Part shown: in pieces, positions 29,356 through 39,186 of the stretch | Position numbering within the stretch: position 1 is the stretch's first letter | How the letters are laid out: the number at the start of each line of letters is the position of its first letter | Assembly (NCBI GenBank): GCA_965216545.1 | Contig: OZ244172.1 | Coordinates: forward strand, 1,082,607 to 1,146,606 | Origin: Bryobacterales bacterium | GTDB taxonomy: Bacteria > Acidobacteriota > Terriglobia > Bryobacterales > UBA6623 | Direction: 5' to 3' | DNA: 64,000 nucleotides | Program-made: the position numbers and the translations under genes | Notes under the pieces: model-generated | What the model was told of the DNA's origin: nothing | What the model saw: the letters and a program-made list of their open reading frames with translations, nothing else | Database searches by the model: none

Positions 29356-30591
29356 ATGGCAAGCCGCGTCTCCACGCCTTGGTATCGCATCGTCGCCCCG
29401 GGAATTCTGTTGGCGGCGACCGGCGTCGGCGCGGGCGACCTGCTCACCTCCACTCTGGCGGGCTCCGAGGCCGGCTTGGCCGTGCTGTGGTGCGCGGTCG
29501 CCGGCGCGCTGCTCAAGTGGGCGTTGGCCGAAGGCCTGGCGCGCTGGCAGCTCTCCACCGGCTCGACCTTGCTGGAGGGCTGGGTCTGGAAGCTCGGCGG
29601 CTGGATCCGCTGGGTGTTTCTGATTTACCTGCTGATGTTCACCCTCATCGTGGGCCGCGCGCTGGTGAGCGCCTGCGGGGTCGCGGGGACCGGCCTGTGG
29701 CAAGTCGGCGACTCCTCGCAGTCGGTGTTGGCCTGGGGGGCGCTGCATTCGCTCATCGGCATGGCGCTGGTGTTGCGCGGCAGCTTCGAGCTGTTCGAGC
29801 GCCTGATGGCCGCGCTAATCGGCATGATGTTCGTCACGGTGATGATCACCGCCGTCGCAATCGGGCCGGACTGGGCGGCGGTCGCGCGAGGATTCATCCC
29901 CTCGGCGCCGCGGGGCGGCTCGCACTGGGTGCTGGCGGTGCTGGGCGGCGTGGGCGGCACGGTCACGCTGATGTCCTACGGGTATTGGATTCGCGAACAA
30001 GGGCGGCGCGGGTTGGAGATGCTGCCGGTCTGCCGCTTGGATCTCGCGGTTGGCAATCTGGTGACCGGCCTGTTTGGCGTGGCCGTGATCATCATCGGCT
30101 CGCGCTTGCAACTCCAGCAGGGCGGCTCGATGCTCGCGCTGGCGATGGCGGATCAGCTTGCCGAAGCAGTCGGGCCGGCCGGCCGCTGGATCTTCTTGGC
30201 AGGTTTCTGGGGCGCGGTGTTCTCAAGTCTGCTGGGAGTCTGGCAGAGCATCCCGTACTTGTTCGCGGACTTCGTCGAGCTGCATTCGGGCGCCAAGCCT
30301 GGAATCCGCCGCAACCTCGACCTGCGCTCGACCAAAGCATACCGGGCCTACGTCGTCGTCACTGCGATTGCGCCGCTGTTCCTCCTCGGCGGATCGGTGC
30401 GTTCGATCCAGCTCCTCTACGGCGTATTCGCCGCACTGTTCCTACCGCTGCTGGCGTTCACTCTGCTGCTGATGAATAATCGTCGTCGGTGGGTCGGAAC
30501 GGACTTTCTCACGCCGGCATGGCTCAACGCATTGTTGGCAGGCGCCTTGGGATTGTTCGCCTACCTGGGCTGGCGCCAACTGGCGGGATGA
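29356..30591 (+). CDS. NRAMP-like (APC fold) transporter
   Basis: PGILLAATGVGAGDL and about 11 TM helices; lacks the canonical DPGN motif, so the substrate is uncertain. Confidence 0.8.
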   Translation: MASRVSTPWYRIVAPGILLAATGVGAGDLLTSTLAGSEAGLAVLWCAVAGALLKWALAEGLARWQLSTGSTLLEGWVWKLGGWIRWVFLIYLLMFTLIVGRALVSACGVAGTGLWQVGDSSQSVLAWGALHSLIGMALVLRGSFELFERLMAALIGMMFVTVMITAVAIGPDWAAVARGFIPSAPRGGSHWVLAVLGGVGGTVTLMSYGYWIREQGRRGLEMLPVCRLDLAVGNLVTGLFGVAVIIIGSRLQLQQGGSMLALAMADQLAEAVGPAGRWIFLAGFWGAVFSSLLGVWQSIPYLFADFVELHSGAKPGIRRNLDLRSTKAYRAYVVVTAIAPLFLLGGSVRSIQLLYGVFAALFLPLLAFTLLLMNNRRRWVGTDFLTPAWLNALLAGALGLFAYLGWRQLAG

Positions 30592-30620
30592 TTCGCTTGA
30601 AGGGTTGACCGCTTGCGGGC

Positions 30621-33098
30621 GTGAGAATAGAATCGGAGTCGATCCGAGTGCGATCCCCTGTCTATCTCACAGCCTTGATGCTGGCGGCGTCGCTGCCGGC
30701 CGCGGACGACGACGCGCTACGTTTCTTCGAGACCGAGATTCGCCCCATTCTGGCCGCGAAGTGCTACGCGTGCCACTCCGGCCAGACCGAGAATCCGTTC
30801 GCAGGCTTGCGGCTCGATAGTCGCGCCGGAATGCTGCGCGGAGGCCTCTCCGGGCCCGCTCTCGAGCCCGGAAAACCCGCGGCCAGCAAGCTCATCGAGG
30901 CGATCCGCTACGAGTCGGACCAGCTACGCATGCCGCCGACCGGCCGGCTACCGCAAGCCGAGATCGCGGCGCTCGAGAAGTGGGTGGCCGACGGCGCGCC
31001 TTGGCCGCAGGAAGATCAGCCGGCGGCTGCGCTCGAAGCGGTTGAACAAGGGGCGGATCCGAGACTCGAGCACTGGGCGTTTCGGCCCGTCCATGCGGCC
31101 GAGCCGCCGGCGGTCGGCGACGCCGAATGGCCTCTGGCCGAGCTCGATCGCTTCATCCTGGCGCGGCTGGAAGCCGCCGGGCTCAGCCCGGCCGCCGACG
31201 CCGATCGCTACGCCTGGCTACGCCGCGTATCCTACGATCTGGGCGGCTTGCCGCCCACGCCGGCAGAGGTTCGCGCGTTCGTCGAAGACCGCTCGCCGCA
31301 AGCCTACGAGCGGGTGGTCGACCGCTTGCTCGCGGCGCCCGAGCTTGGCGAGCGCTGGGCGCGGCACTGGCTCGATCTCACCGGCTATGCGGACAACATC
31401 GGCCTAGGCCGCCGCATCCCAACGCGCGAGACGTGGCGCTACCGCGATTACGTGATCGAGTCGTTCAACCGGGACAAGCCGTACGACCAGTTCGTGCGCG
31501 AGCAGATCGCGGGCGACGTGCTCGAATTCGATGACGACCTCGATCGCCGCGAGAAGATCGTCGCCACGGGCTTCCTCGCCATCGGCCCATGGGCGCTGGT
31601 CGATTCCGACAAAGAACAGCTCCGCATGGATGTGGTCGACCATCAGATCGACACCGTGGGCCGCGCCCTGCTGGGGCTCACCCTCGGCTGCGCGCGCTGC
31701 CACGATCACAAGTTCGACCCGGTCTCGACGCGCGAGTACTACTCGATGGCCGGCATCTTCCGCAGCTCGGCCACGCTCGACGGCCGCATCAGCGGAGTCT
31801 TCAGCGACGTCAACCGCACTCTGCTGCCCGAGACCCCGCGGGAGCTCCGCGAGCGCGCACGAGCGCTCGAGCTGTGGGGGCGTGAGCAAGCCGCAGCCGA
31901 GCAGGCGCACGAGGCCGCCAAGGCCAAGGCGGAGGAACTCAAGGCGGCGGACGCCCCCAAGACCGAGGTCGCCGAAGCCAACAAGGCGGCGGCGGACGCG
32001 CTCAAAGAGCTCCAGCGGGTCGAGTACATCAAGCCGCGCCCGGCGATGGCGATCGCCATGCGCGACCGGGACGTGCCCGCGGACGCGCGCATCAACCTGG
32101 GCGGCAACCCGCACATGCTGGGGGACGCGGCCCCGCGCGGCTTCCTCGCCGTGGCCACCGCCGGCGAGCCGCCGCGCATCGCCAACCGCTACGACCTCGA
32201 TGGCTCGCTGCGCGCCTCGAGCGGGCGTCGCGAGCTGGCACGCTGGCTGACCGATCCGGTCAACCCGCTCACCGCGCGCGTGATGGTCAACCGCGTCTGG
32301 CATCACCTCTTCGGCGCCGGCTTGGTGCGTACGGTCGACAATTTCGGGCTGCGCGGCGAGAAGCCGAGCCATCCGGAGTTGCTCGATTACCTGGCCGCGC
32401 GCTTCGTGGCTCGAGGCTGGTCGGTCAAGAAGCTGGTTCGCGAGATCGCGCTCAGCCGGGTCTACCGGATGGCGGCTGCACACGACGAGGCGGCCGCGGA
32501 GGCCGATCCGGAGAATCGTCTGTTGTGGCGCGCTAACCGTCGCAGGCTCGAGGCCGAAGCGTTCCGCGACGCGGTGCTCGCGGTCTCGGGGAATCTCGAC
32601 CGAACCCGCGGCGGCTTCACGCTTCCGGTCGAGGTCCCCAACAACGTACGCGTCGTCACGCCGCCCTTCTTGACCTCACGCGCCAAGCTAGGCGAAGCGC
32701 GTCGCTTTCGTAGGACGGTTTACCTGCCCACGTTGCGCAAGTCGCAGATGGACGAGCTCGACGTGCTCAACCTGTTCGACTTCCCGGACCCGAACACGGC
32801 CGCCGGCGCCCGCGACGTCACCACCGTGCCCACCCAGGCGCTCTACCTGATGAGCTCGCCCTTCCTGCTCGAGCAATCGAAGCTCGCCGCACAGGCGCTG
32901 CTCGAGAAGGACCTCGAAGATGGTGAGCGGGTCCGCGCCTTTCTGTTGCGCGCCCTTGGCCGGCCCGCGGGCGAACAGGAGACCGCTTCCGCGTTACAAT
33001 TCTTGCGACGAATGGAAGCCGAGTTGAGCCGCGAACAGGCCTGGGCGCGCTGGTGCCAAGTCGTGTTCATCTCGAACGAGTTTCTGTTCCGGAGTTAG
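30621..33098 (+). CDS. Planctomycete cytochrome c + DUF1549 + DUF1553 protein
   Basis: FFETEIRPIL..KCYACH, HWAF, GERWARHWLD, CARCHDHKFDP, NPLTARVMVNRVW, PSHPELLD, QALYLM. The start may lie a few codons later. Confidence 0.93.
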   Translation: MRIESESIRVRSPVYLTALMLAASLPAADDDALRFFETEIRPILAAKCYACHSGQTENPFAGLRLDSRAGMLRGGLSGPALEPGKPAASKLIEAIRYESDQLRMPPTGRLPQAEIAALEKWVADGAPWPQEDQPAAALEAVEQGADPRLEHWAFRPVHAAEPPAVGDAEWPLAELDRFILARLEAAGLSPAADADRYAWLRRVSYDLGGLPPTPAEVRAFVEDRSPQAYERVVDRLLAAPELGERWARHWLDLTGYADNIGLGRRIPTRETWRYRDYVIESFNRDKPYDQFVREQIAGDVLEFDDDLDRREKIVATGFLAIGPWALVDSDKEQLRMDVVDHQIDTVGRALLGLTLGCARCHDHKFDPVSTREYYSMAGIFRSSATLDGRISGVFSDVNRTLLPETPRELRERARALELWGREQAAAEQAHEAAKAKAEELKAADAPKTEVAEANKAAADALKELQRVEYIKPRPAMAIAMRDRDVPADARINLGGNPHMLGDAAPRGFLAVATAGEPPRIANRYDLDGSLRASSGRRELARWLTDPVNPLTARVMVNRVWHHLFGAGLVRTVDNFGLRGEKPSHPELLDYLAARFVARGWSVKKLVREIALSRVYRMAAAHDEAAAEADPENRLLWRANRRRLEAEAFRDAVLAVSGNLDRTRGGFTLPVEVPNNVRVVTPPFLTSRAKLGEARRFRRTVYLPTLRKSQMDELDVLNLFDFPDPNTAAGARDVTTVPTQALYLMSSPFLLEQSKLAAQALLEKDLEDGERVRAFLLRALGRPAGEQETASALQFLRRMEAELSREQAWARWCQVVFISNEFLFRS

Positions 33099-33102
33099 CC
33101 CG

Positions 33103-34524
33103 ATGCTGCGCCGAGAGTTTCTCAAACGTTCCGCCTGCGGTTTCGGCTCGTTGGCCCTATCCGCGATTGCGCAGCAGCAGGCCCGCGCCTCGAACGTCAA
33201 TCCGCTCGCCCCCAAGCAGCCGCATTACCCGGCGCGCGCCAAGCGCGTGATCTTCATGTGGATGCAGGGCGGCCCTTCGCAGATGGACCTGTTCGACTAC
33301 AAACCGCGCTTGGAGAAGGGCAATGGCGAGCCGGTTCCCTTTGAGATGCCGAAGAACCGCATGGTCCCCGGTATCGCGGGCGCCCGCCTGATGGGGCCCA
33401 TCGCGCCCTTCGTGCGCCGGGGCGAGAGCGGCCTGCTGATGAGCGAGATGCTGCCTCACTTGGGCGAGCACGCCGACGACCTGTGCGTGCTCCGGGCCAT
33501 GGAAGCCGAGTCGGAAGCGCACGCGCCGGCGGTTCGCCTGCTCCACGCCGGACACACGCAGATGGTGCGACCCTCGATCGGCTCGTGGGTCGTCTACGGG
33601 CTGGGAACCGAGAACGAGAGCCTGCCCGGGTTCATCACCATTTGTCCGAACCTATCCGGAGACGGCGGCAGCACGCAGCTCTACTCGAACGCCTTCCTGC
33701 CCGCGGTCTACCAAGGCACGGCCATCGGCAGCTCCGACGTCGGCGCCAAAAAAGCCACGATCAACTACCTCCACGACGAGACGATCACGTCCGATCTCCA
33801 GCGCGCGCAGCTCGACTATCTGCAGCAAGTCAACCGCGCCCACCTCGACCGCCTCCAAGGCGACCGGCGGATGGAAGGCGTGATCGAGAGCTTCGAGCTG
33901 GCGTTTCGGATGCAGAGCGAGGCGCCCGAACTGATCGACCTGGGCAAGGAGTCGCCGGCCACGCTCGAGCTCTACGGTATTGGCGAGAAGGAGACCGACG
34001 ATTTCGGACGGCAATGTCTGCTAGCGCGGCGCTTTGCCGAGGCCGGCGTGCGATTCATCCAGATCACCGACGGCGGCTGGGATCACCACGCCGGCATCCG
34101 CGCCGGCCTGCCCAAACGTTGCAAGGGCGTCGACAAGCCGATCGCGGGGCTGATCCGTGACCTCAAAGCGCGCGGAATGCTCGAGGATACGTTGCTGGTC
34201 TGGTCAGGCGAGTTCGGCCGGCTGCCGCAGTTCCAGGACCTCTCCGACGGAGAGAAGGGCCCGGAGACCTACGGCCGCGGCCACAACCCCTACGGCTTCA
34301 CCACGTGGCTGGCGGGCGGCGGCGTCAAGCCCGGTTTCGTCTACGGCAAGTCGGACGAGTTCGCGATGCGAGCGGTCGAAGAAAAGGTCCACATGCACGA
34401 CCTGCACGCGACGATCCTGCATCTGCTCGGGCTAGACCACGAGCGGCTGACGTACCGCTACTCCGGGCGCGATTTTCGCCTGACCGACGTGTACGGTCGG
34501 GTTGTGAACGAGATTCTCGCTTAG
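33103..34524 (+). CDS. DUF1501 protein with Tat signal
   Basis: MLRREFLK, AKRVIFMWMQGGPSQMDLFDYKP, GWDHH, GEFGR, HDLHATILHLLG. Confidence 0.93.
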   Translation: MLRREFLKRSACGFGSLALSAIAQQQARASNVNPLAPKQPHYPARAKRVIFMWMQGGPSQMDLFDYKPRLEKGNGEPVPFEMPKNRMVPGIAGARLMGPIAPFVRRGESGLLMSEMLPHLGEHADDLCVLRAMEAESEAHAPAVRLLHAGHTQMVRPSIGSWVVYGLGTENESLPGFITICPNLSGDGGSTQLYSNAFLPAVYQGTAIGSSDVGAKKATINYLHDETITSDLQRAQLDYLQQVNRAHLDRLQGDRRMEGVIESFELAFRMQSEAPELIDLGKESPATLELYGIGEKETDDFGRQCLLARRFAEAGVRFIQITDGGWDHHAGIRAGLPKRCKGVDKPIAGLIRDLKARGMLEDTLLVWSGEFGRLPQFQDLSDGEKGPETYGRGHNPYGFTTWLAGGGVKPGFVYGKSDEFAMRAVEEKVHMHDLHATILHLLGLDHERLTYRYSGRDFRLTDVYGRVVNEILA

Positions 34525-34544
34525 GCTTGGCCGACTTCTTACGC

Positions 34545-36152
34545 TTACCGCGCCCTGGCGGAAGCGTCTCCAAGAGAAAGACTCTCGCGCGCTTCGTCGA
34601 ACCGCCGCAACATCCGCGCCCGTGAGGCTTCGTCCGGATACGCGCCGTGCTCGGAGTAGAAGGCCTTCTGCTCGCCCAGGCGCTTTCGCAATTCCGCGGC
34701 TGTCGCTTCGTCGCGGATAGGCTGTTCGCCCGCCAACACGCGGACCGCGCCGGTGTGCGCGACCTCTTGCTTGCCGATTCCGTCGATGGGCCCGCCCCAG
34801 CCACGAGCGGCGATCCAGCCGCCGCGGTTGAAACGCAGCTTCTCACGCAGCACGATCTGGTTCGCCCGACCCGCGGCCCGGGCGTGTTGCAAGCGCGCAC
34901 GGACTTTGCCGTTGACGACCAACTCCAAAGCCTCCAGCTTGCGCGGGCTCGCCAGCTGCGCCTCCACCGAGACCTCTCCGCCGCCAGCGGGCAACCGGAC
35001 CGTCGCTCCGGGGCTCTCGCCGTTCACCGACAGCAACACCGCCGGGCCGCTGGTGACGAACACGTCCCCGCGCCTCACAGCAGCTCGCCAGCCCGGTTGG
35101 GTGTGCGCTTCGCTCGAGCGGACGTAGGTTCGCATCTCGCCCAGGAACGGCTGCCAAGGCTCGCGGTAGGGGTTGTTCGGCAGGTCGGTCCCGCCGATGG
35201 GCGGCGGAAAGACGCCGACGTTCATCAGGCGATACCAATCGTCGAGCGCCCACAGGTGAGTGTTTCCAATTTCCCAGAAATCGACCTTGCCAAGCAGAGC
35301 GTCGGCGACGGCGGTCGGGCTCTGGCTCAACGTCCCGCCATGGGCGGGACCGACCAGTCCGCCGAGCGACCGGGCTTTGTCGAGCACGTCGGCGAACGCC
35401 GGCCAGTTGTGGGGATCCCGCGGCGTGCCGGCCATGATCGGCTCGATCACCTCGTGCAGGCCGAACAGCAGCAGGTGCCCCTGCAGCCGGTCGCGATACT
35501 CCTCGCCGGGCACGATCGTTGCGCGTCCATCCGAGTGCACGCCGGTTTGGCCGTAGCCGTACTGCCGCGCCCAAACTCCCGGGACCATGCCGCCCTCGAG
35601 CACCATGAACTGCGCCAGCGAAAGGTCGTCCCCCGCCAGCATGTGGAACCAGTCGCGGTCGGCCGCGGGCTCGGGGCGGTCGTAGTGCAGGTGCGTCTCC
35701 GCCGACCGCCAGCCGTCTTCGCGCAACTCGTGCCAACGCTCGAGGCGGATCTCCAGCCGCTGTGGGTCGCCGGCGAGTTCCGCCTCCGCGACCGCCGGCA
35801 GATAGTCGAATCCCTTCGCGGCCGTGACGCGCACTCGGTCACCAAGGGGCGGCAGGGGGATCTCGACCTCGCCCGAGCCGCGCGCATAGATCACCGCGAA
35901 CGTTTGCTTCTTCGAGACATGGACCGAGACGTAACGTAGCCCGTGCGCACCGACCCAGCGCGGCTCGTGCGGCCGACCGTCGACCTCGACGGTAATGCGC
36001 GCGGCGGTGCGTTCGCCGGTCTGCGCGTCGACGACCTCGAGCAACAGCCGCGGGCTCCATTCCTGGTCGCTGCGCTGTTGCGCCCAGCCGTGCCAGGCAA
36101 GCGCCGCGAACACGCCCGCCGCGAGCCCCCTAGATAAACGCGATCGAGCCAT
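34545..36152 (-). CDS. CehA/McbA-like PHP-fold metallohydrolase, secreted
   Basis: Signal peptide; GWRSAETHLH, GEEYR...GH, PAHG, GGTD, RTYV, FVTSGP. Confidence 0.75.
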   Translation of the reverse strand: MARSRLSRGLAAGVFAALAWHGWAQQRSDQEWSPRLLLEVVDAQTGERTAARITVEVDGRPHEPRWVGAHGLRYVSVHVSKKQTFAVIYARGSGEVEIPLPPLGDRVRVTAAKGFDYLPAVAEAELAGDPQRLEIRLERWHELREDGWRSAETHLHYDRPEPAADRDWFHMLAGDDLSLAQFMVLEGGMVPGVWARQYGYGQTGVHSDGRATIVPGEEYRDRLQGHLLLFGLHEVIEPIMAGTPRDPHNWPAFADVLDKARSLGGLVGPAHGGTLSQSPTAVADALLGKVDFWEIGNTHLWALDDWYRLMNVGVFPPPIGGTDLPNNPYREPWQPFLGEMRTYVRSSEAHTQPGWRAAVRRGDVFVTSGPAVLLSVNGESPGATVRLPAGGGEVSVEAQLASPRKLEALELVVNGKVRARLQHARAAGRANQIVLREKLRFNRGGWIAARGWGGPIDGIGKQEVAHTGAVRVLAGEQPIRDEATAAELRKRLGEQKAFYSEHGAYPDEASRARMLRRFDEARESLSLGDASARAR

Positions 36153-37416
36153 CTTCGCGGAACCCGGTCGAGCGTTTCCAGCGCGTCGGCGGATAGTACT
36201 GGAAGGCTTCTTCGTTCAGCTCGACGCCCCAGCCCGGCTTGTTGGGAATGTCGACGTAGCCGTCGCGCACCATGATGGGCTCTTTCAGGACGTCTTGGTA
36301 AGCGCCCTCGACCGGCGCCTTGTACTCGAGCACCAGGAAGTTCGGGGTGGAGGCGGCGAAGTGCACGTTCACCGCCGTCGCCAACGGGCTCATCGGGTTG
36401 TGCGGCGCCACCACCATGTACTGCGCCTCGGCCATCGCGGCGATCTTCTTCATCTCCATGATGCCGCCGCAGACGCAGATGTCGGGCTGAATCACGTCGA
36501 GGGCCTGGAGTTGAATCAGGTCGCGGAACTCGAATTTCGTGTAGTTGCATTCGCCCGAGGCAAGCGGAATGTTGACGTGGTCGGCGAGCTTCTTCATTGC
36601 GTCGGGATTCTCGGGACGAATCGGCTCCTCGAGCCAGAACGGATCGTAGGGCTCGATCTCTTTGGCGACTCGGATGGCCCGCTGCACCTCGCGATAGCGC
36701 GCGTGGATGTCCACGCCGATGTCGACGTCCGGCCCCACCGCTTCGCGCACGGCGCGCACGCGTTGACCGGCGATGCGCGTGACCTGGTTGTAGGGCATCT
36801 GGTTGTCGCCCGGGTTGTGCGGCGACATCTTGACGGCGGTGTAGCCGTGTTGTGCGATCAACCGCTGCGCGTTCTCGGCCGCCTGTTCCGGTGAGCTTCC
36901 GCCGATGGACTGGTAGACGCGGATCTTCTCGCGCACGCGGCCGCCAAGCAGCGCCCACACGGGCAAGCCGGCGGCCTTGCCGGCGACGTCCCACAGCGCG
37001 TGCTCGATGCCGCTGATGGCCGAGTTGACCACCGAGCCGCCGGGGAAGCGCGTGGTGTTGTACATCAGCTCCCACAGGTACTGGATGTTGCGCGGATCCT
37101 GGCCGACGAGCCACTCGCGGTAGTCCTCGATGACCTTGACGGTCGCCTCGTCCGGGCCGCAGGAATAGGCCTCGCCGATGCCTTCGATTCCCTGGTCGGT
37201 GATGACCTTGACGTAGACCCAGGACCGGCCATTGCGGATGTTGCCGGTGTTGTCGCTCGGGTTGCGCCGGGCAGTGCCGACCATATACGTCTTGATGTCG
37301 ACGATCTCGAGCGCCGGCTTGTCGCCCATGGCCGCCGGCGCCTGCGGCATGGGCATGGCGGAAGCCGCCGCGGCGGCGGCAAGCGGCGAGCGGGAAATGA
37401 AGTCGCGTCGTCTCAT
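36130..37416 (-). CDS. Mandelate racemase/galactonate dehydratase-like enolase-superfamily enzyme with Tat-like signal
   Basis: MRRRDFISR; SGIEHALWD; metal ligands VDIH, WLEEP, ASGE; APHNP. Confidence 0.9.
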   Translation of the reverse strand: MRRRDFISRSPLAAAAAASAMPMPQAPAAMGDKPALEIVDIKTYMVGTARRNPSDNTGNIRNGRSWVYVKVITDQGIEGIGEAYSCGPDEATVKVIEDYREWLVGQDPRNIQYLWELMYNTTRFPGGSVVNSAISGIEHALWDVAGKAAGLPVWALLGGRVREKIRVYQSIGGSSPEQAAENAQRLIAQHGYTAVKMSPHNPGDNQMPYNQVTRIAGQRVRAVREAVGPDVDIGVDIHARYREVQRAIRVAKEIEPYDPFWLEEPIRPENPDAMKKLADHVNIPLASGECNYTKFEFRDLIQLQALDVIQPDICVCGGIMEMKKIAAMAEAQYMVVAPHNPMSPLATAVNVHFAASTPNFLVLEYKAPVEGAYQDVLKEPIMVRDGYVDIPNKPGWGVELNEEAFQYYPPTRWKRSTGFREDGSIAFI

Positions 37417-37457
37417 GGCGGCGTCATTGTAACGCCTTTGCCAGACGCCCTCAGCAT

Positions 37458-37482
37458 CTGACGTTTCCTGACAAAACCTGAC
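37458..37482. promoter_or_regulatory. Triple CTGAC direct repeat at 10-bp period (candidate regulator binding site)
   Basis: CTGACgtttcCTGACaaaacCTGAC, just upstream of the -35 region for the TACAAT (minus strand, 37431-37426) of the enolase gene. Confidence 0.5.
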
Positions 37483-37716
37483 AGGCTGGCTGATGAACCG
37501 TGAACAGGTCTCTAGGCGCTATCCGCACCAGACCCGCGAACGCAAAGCGGTTTGGGCCGGCCCTCTCCCTTCCATCTCCATTGTGAGGGGCGCATGCAAG
37601 CAACTAGCAGATAGGAAAGGCGGAAGTCGTTGAGGAGTAGGAGGATAGAATATTTCGGATTGGCGTGACGGGCCCGCCCACCGTTCGACGGCTCGCGCGC
37701 TACCGTATAGACATCG

Positions 37717-39186
37717 ATGGCGCGCTCCCCTCTCGTCGCGTTGATGTTGGCGATCGCCTCGTGCGGCGGGCCTTCGCAACCCTCGGCGTTTGACCGGCTT
37801 GGCCGTTGTGAACCCGGCGAAGGACCGACCGACGCGCGTTGCGGGGCCTTCGAGGTCTACGAAGACCGCGAGGCCGCTTCGGGCCGCAAGATCGCCCTCC
37901 AAGTATTACTGCTTCCCGCCCTGGCCAACGACCCGGCGCCGGACCCGGTATTCTTCCTCGCCGGGGGGCCCGGTGCGGGTGCGGCGTCGATGGTCGATCA
38001 GATCGAGCCGCTGTTCGACCGCATTCGCCGCCGCCGCGATGTCGTCCTGGTCGATCAGCGGGGCACAGGCGCCTCGGCGCCGCTCGAATGCGACTTGAGC
38101 GAAGAAGGCGACCGCGAGCTCGACTTCACGACCAGCCTCCCGCCAGAGCGCGTGCAAGCTTGCCTGGACGACTATGGCGACGCCGACCTGAGCCAATATG
38201 TCACGCCGGTCGCGATGGACGACCTCGACGACGTTCGCGCCTGGCTCGGCTACGAGCAGATCAATCTCTACGGCGGCTCCTACGGAACCCGCGCCGCGCT
38301 GGTCTACTTGCGCCGGCACGAGGAACACGTACGAAGCGTCGTGCTCGATGGCGTGGCGCCGGTGCAGATGACCCTGCCGCTGTTCTTTGCCCGCGATGCG
38401 CACGCGGCCTTGCATAAGGTGTTCGACGATTGCGAAACATCGCCAGCCTGCAACCAGCGCTTCCCCGACCTGCGCGAGCGCAGCGCCGAGCTGTTCGCCA
38501 GGCTCGAGCGCGAGCCGGTACGAGCGACGATCGTCCACCCGCGCACAGGCGAGCGGCTCGAGCGGAGGGTGAACCGGCAAGCCGTGGCGCTGGTGCTGAC
38601 CGGGATGCTCTACTCGCCGTGGCTCAGCTCGGTCGCGCCGCTAGCGCTGCAGCGCGCAACCGACGATGACTTCCAGATGCTGATGCCGTTGGCCACGGCC
38701 AACGAACAGGTCAGCGAAATGATGAGCCAAGGCATGTTCTACACGGTGGTGTGCAGCGAGGACTGGCCGCGGATTGCGCAAGAGGCTCGTCGCGCCGAAA
38801 CCGCGAGCACGTTCGCCGGCGAGGCGCTGTTCGAGTCGCGTTGGAAGCCCTGTGAGCAGTGGCCGCAAGCGGAGTTACCCGAGGCCTACTACGAGCCGGT
38901 TCGCTCGGACCGGCCGGTGCTGATCTTCTCTGGGGCGCTCGACCCGGTCACGCCGCCGAGCTGGGGCGCGCTCGCGGCCGAGACGCTTCCCAATGCACGC
39001 CACATCGTGGCCGAAAAGCTCGCCCATGGTGTATCCTCGGCGGGCTGCGGACCGCGGCTGATCGAGGAGTTTCTCGATGAGGCCGACGCATCGGACCTCG
39101 ACGCCGAGTGCATCAACGACCTCGACCGGCCGGCGTTCCTGTTGAGCCCCGTCGCCGCCATGCCAGCGCCCGAGGACGCCGAGTGA
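37717..39186 (+). CDS. TAP-like alpha/beta hydrolase (peptidase S33 family) lipoprotein
   Basis: Lipobox IASC, LAGGPG, DQRGTG, nucleophile GGSYG, DPVTP, AHG. Confidence 0.88.
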   Translation: MARSPLVALMLAIASCGGPSQPSAFDRLGRCEPGEGPTDARCGAFEVYEDREAASGRKIALQVLLLPALANDPAPDPVFFLAGGPGAGAASMVDQIEPLFDRIRRRRDVVLVDQRGTGASAPLECDLSEEGDRELDFTTSLPPERVQACLDDYGDADLSQYVTPVAMDDLDDVRAWLGYEQINLYGGSYGTRAALVYLRRHEEHVRSVVLDGVAPVQMTLPLFFARDAHAALHKVFDDCETSPACNQRFPDLRERSAELFARLEREPVRATIVHPRTGERLERRVNRQAVALVLTGMLYSPWLSSVAPLALQRATDDDFQMLMPLATANEQVSEMMSQGMFYTVVCSEDWPRIAQEARRAETASTFAGEALFESRWKPCEQWPQAELPEAYYEPVRSDRPVLIFSGALDPVTPPSWGALAAETLPNARHIVAEKLAHGVSSAGCGPRLIEEFLDEADASDLDAECINDLDRPAFLLSPVAAMPAPEDAE

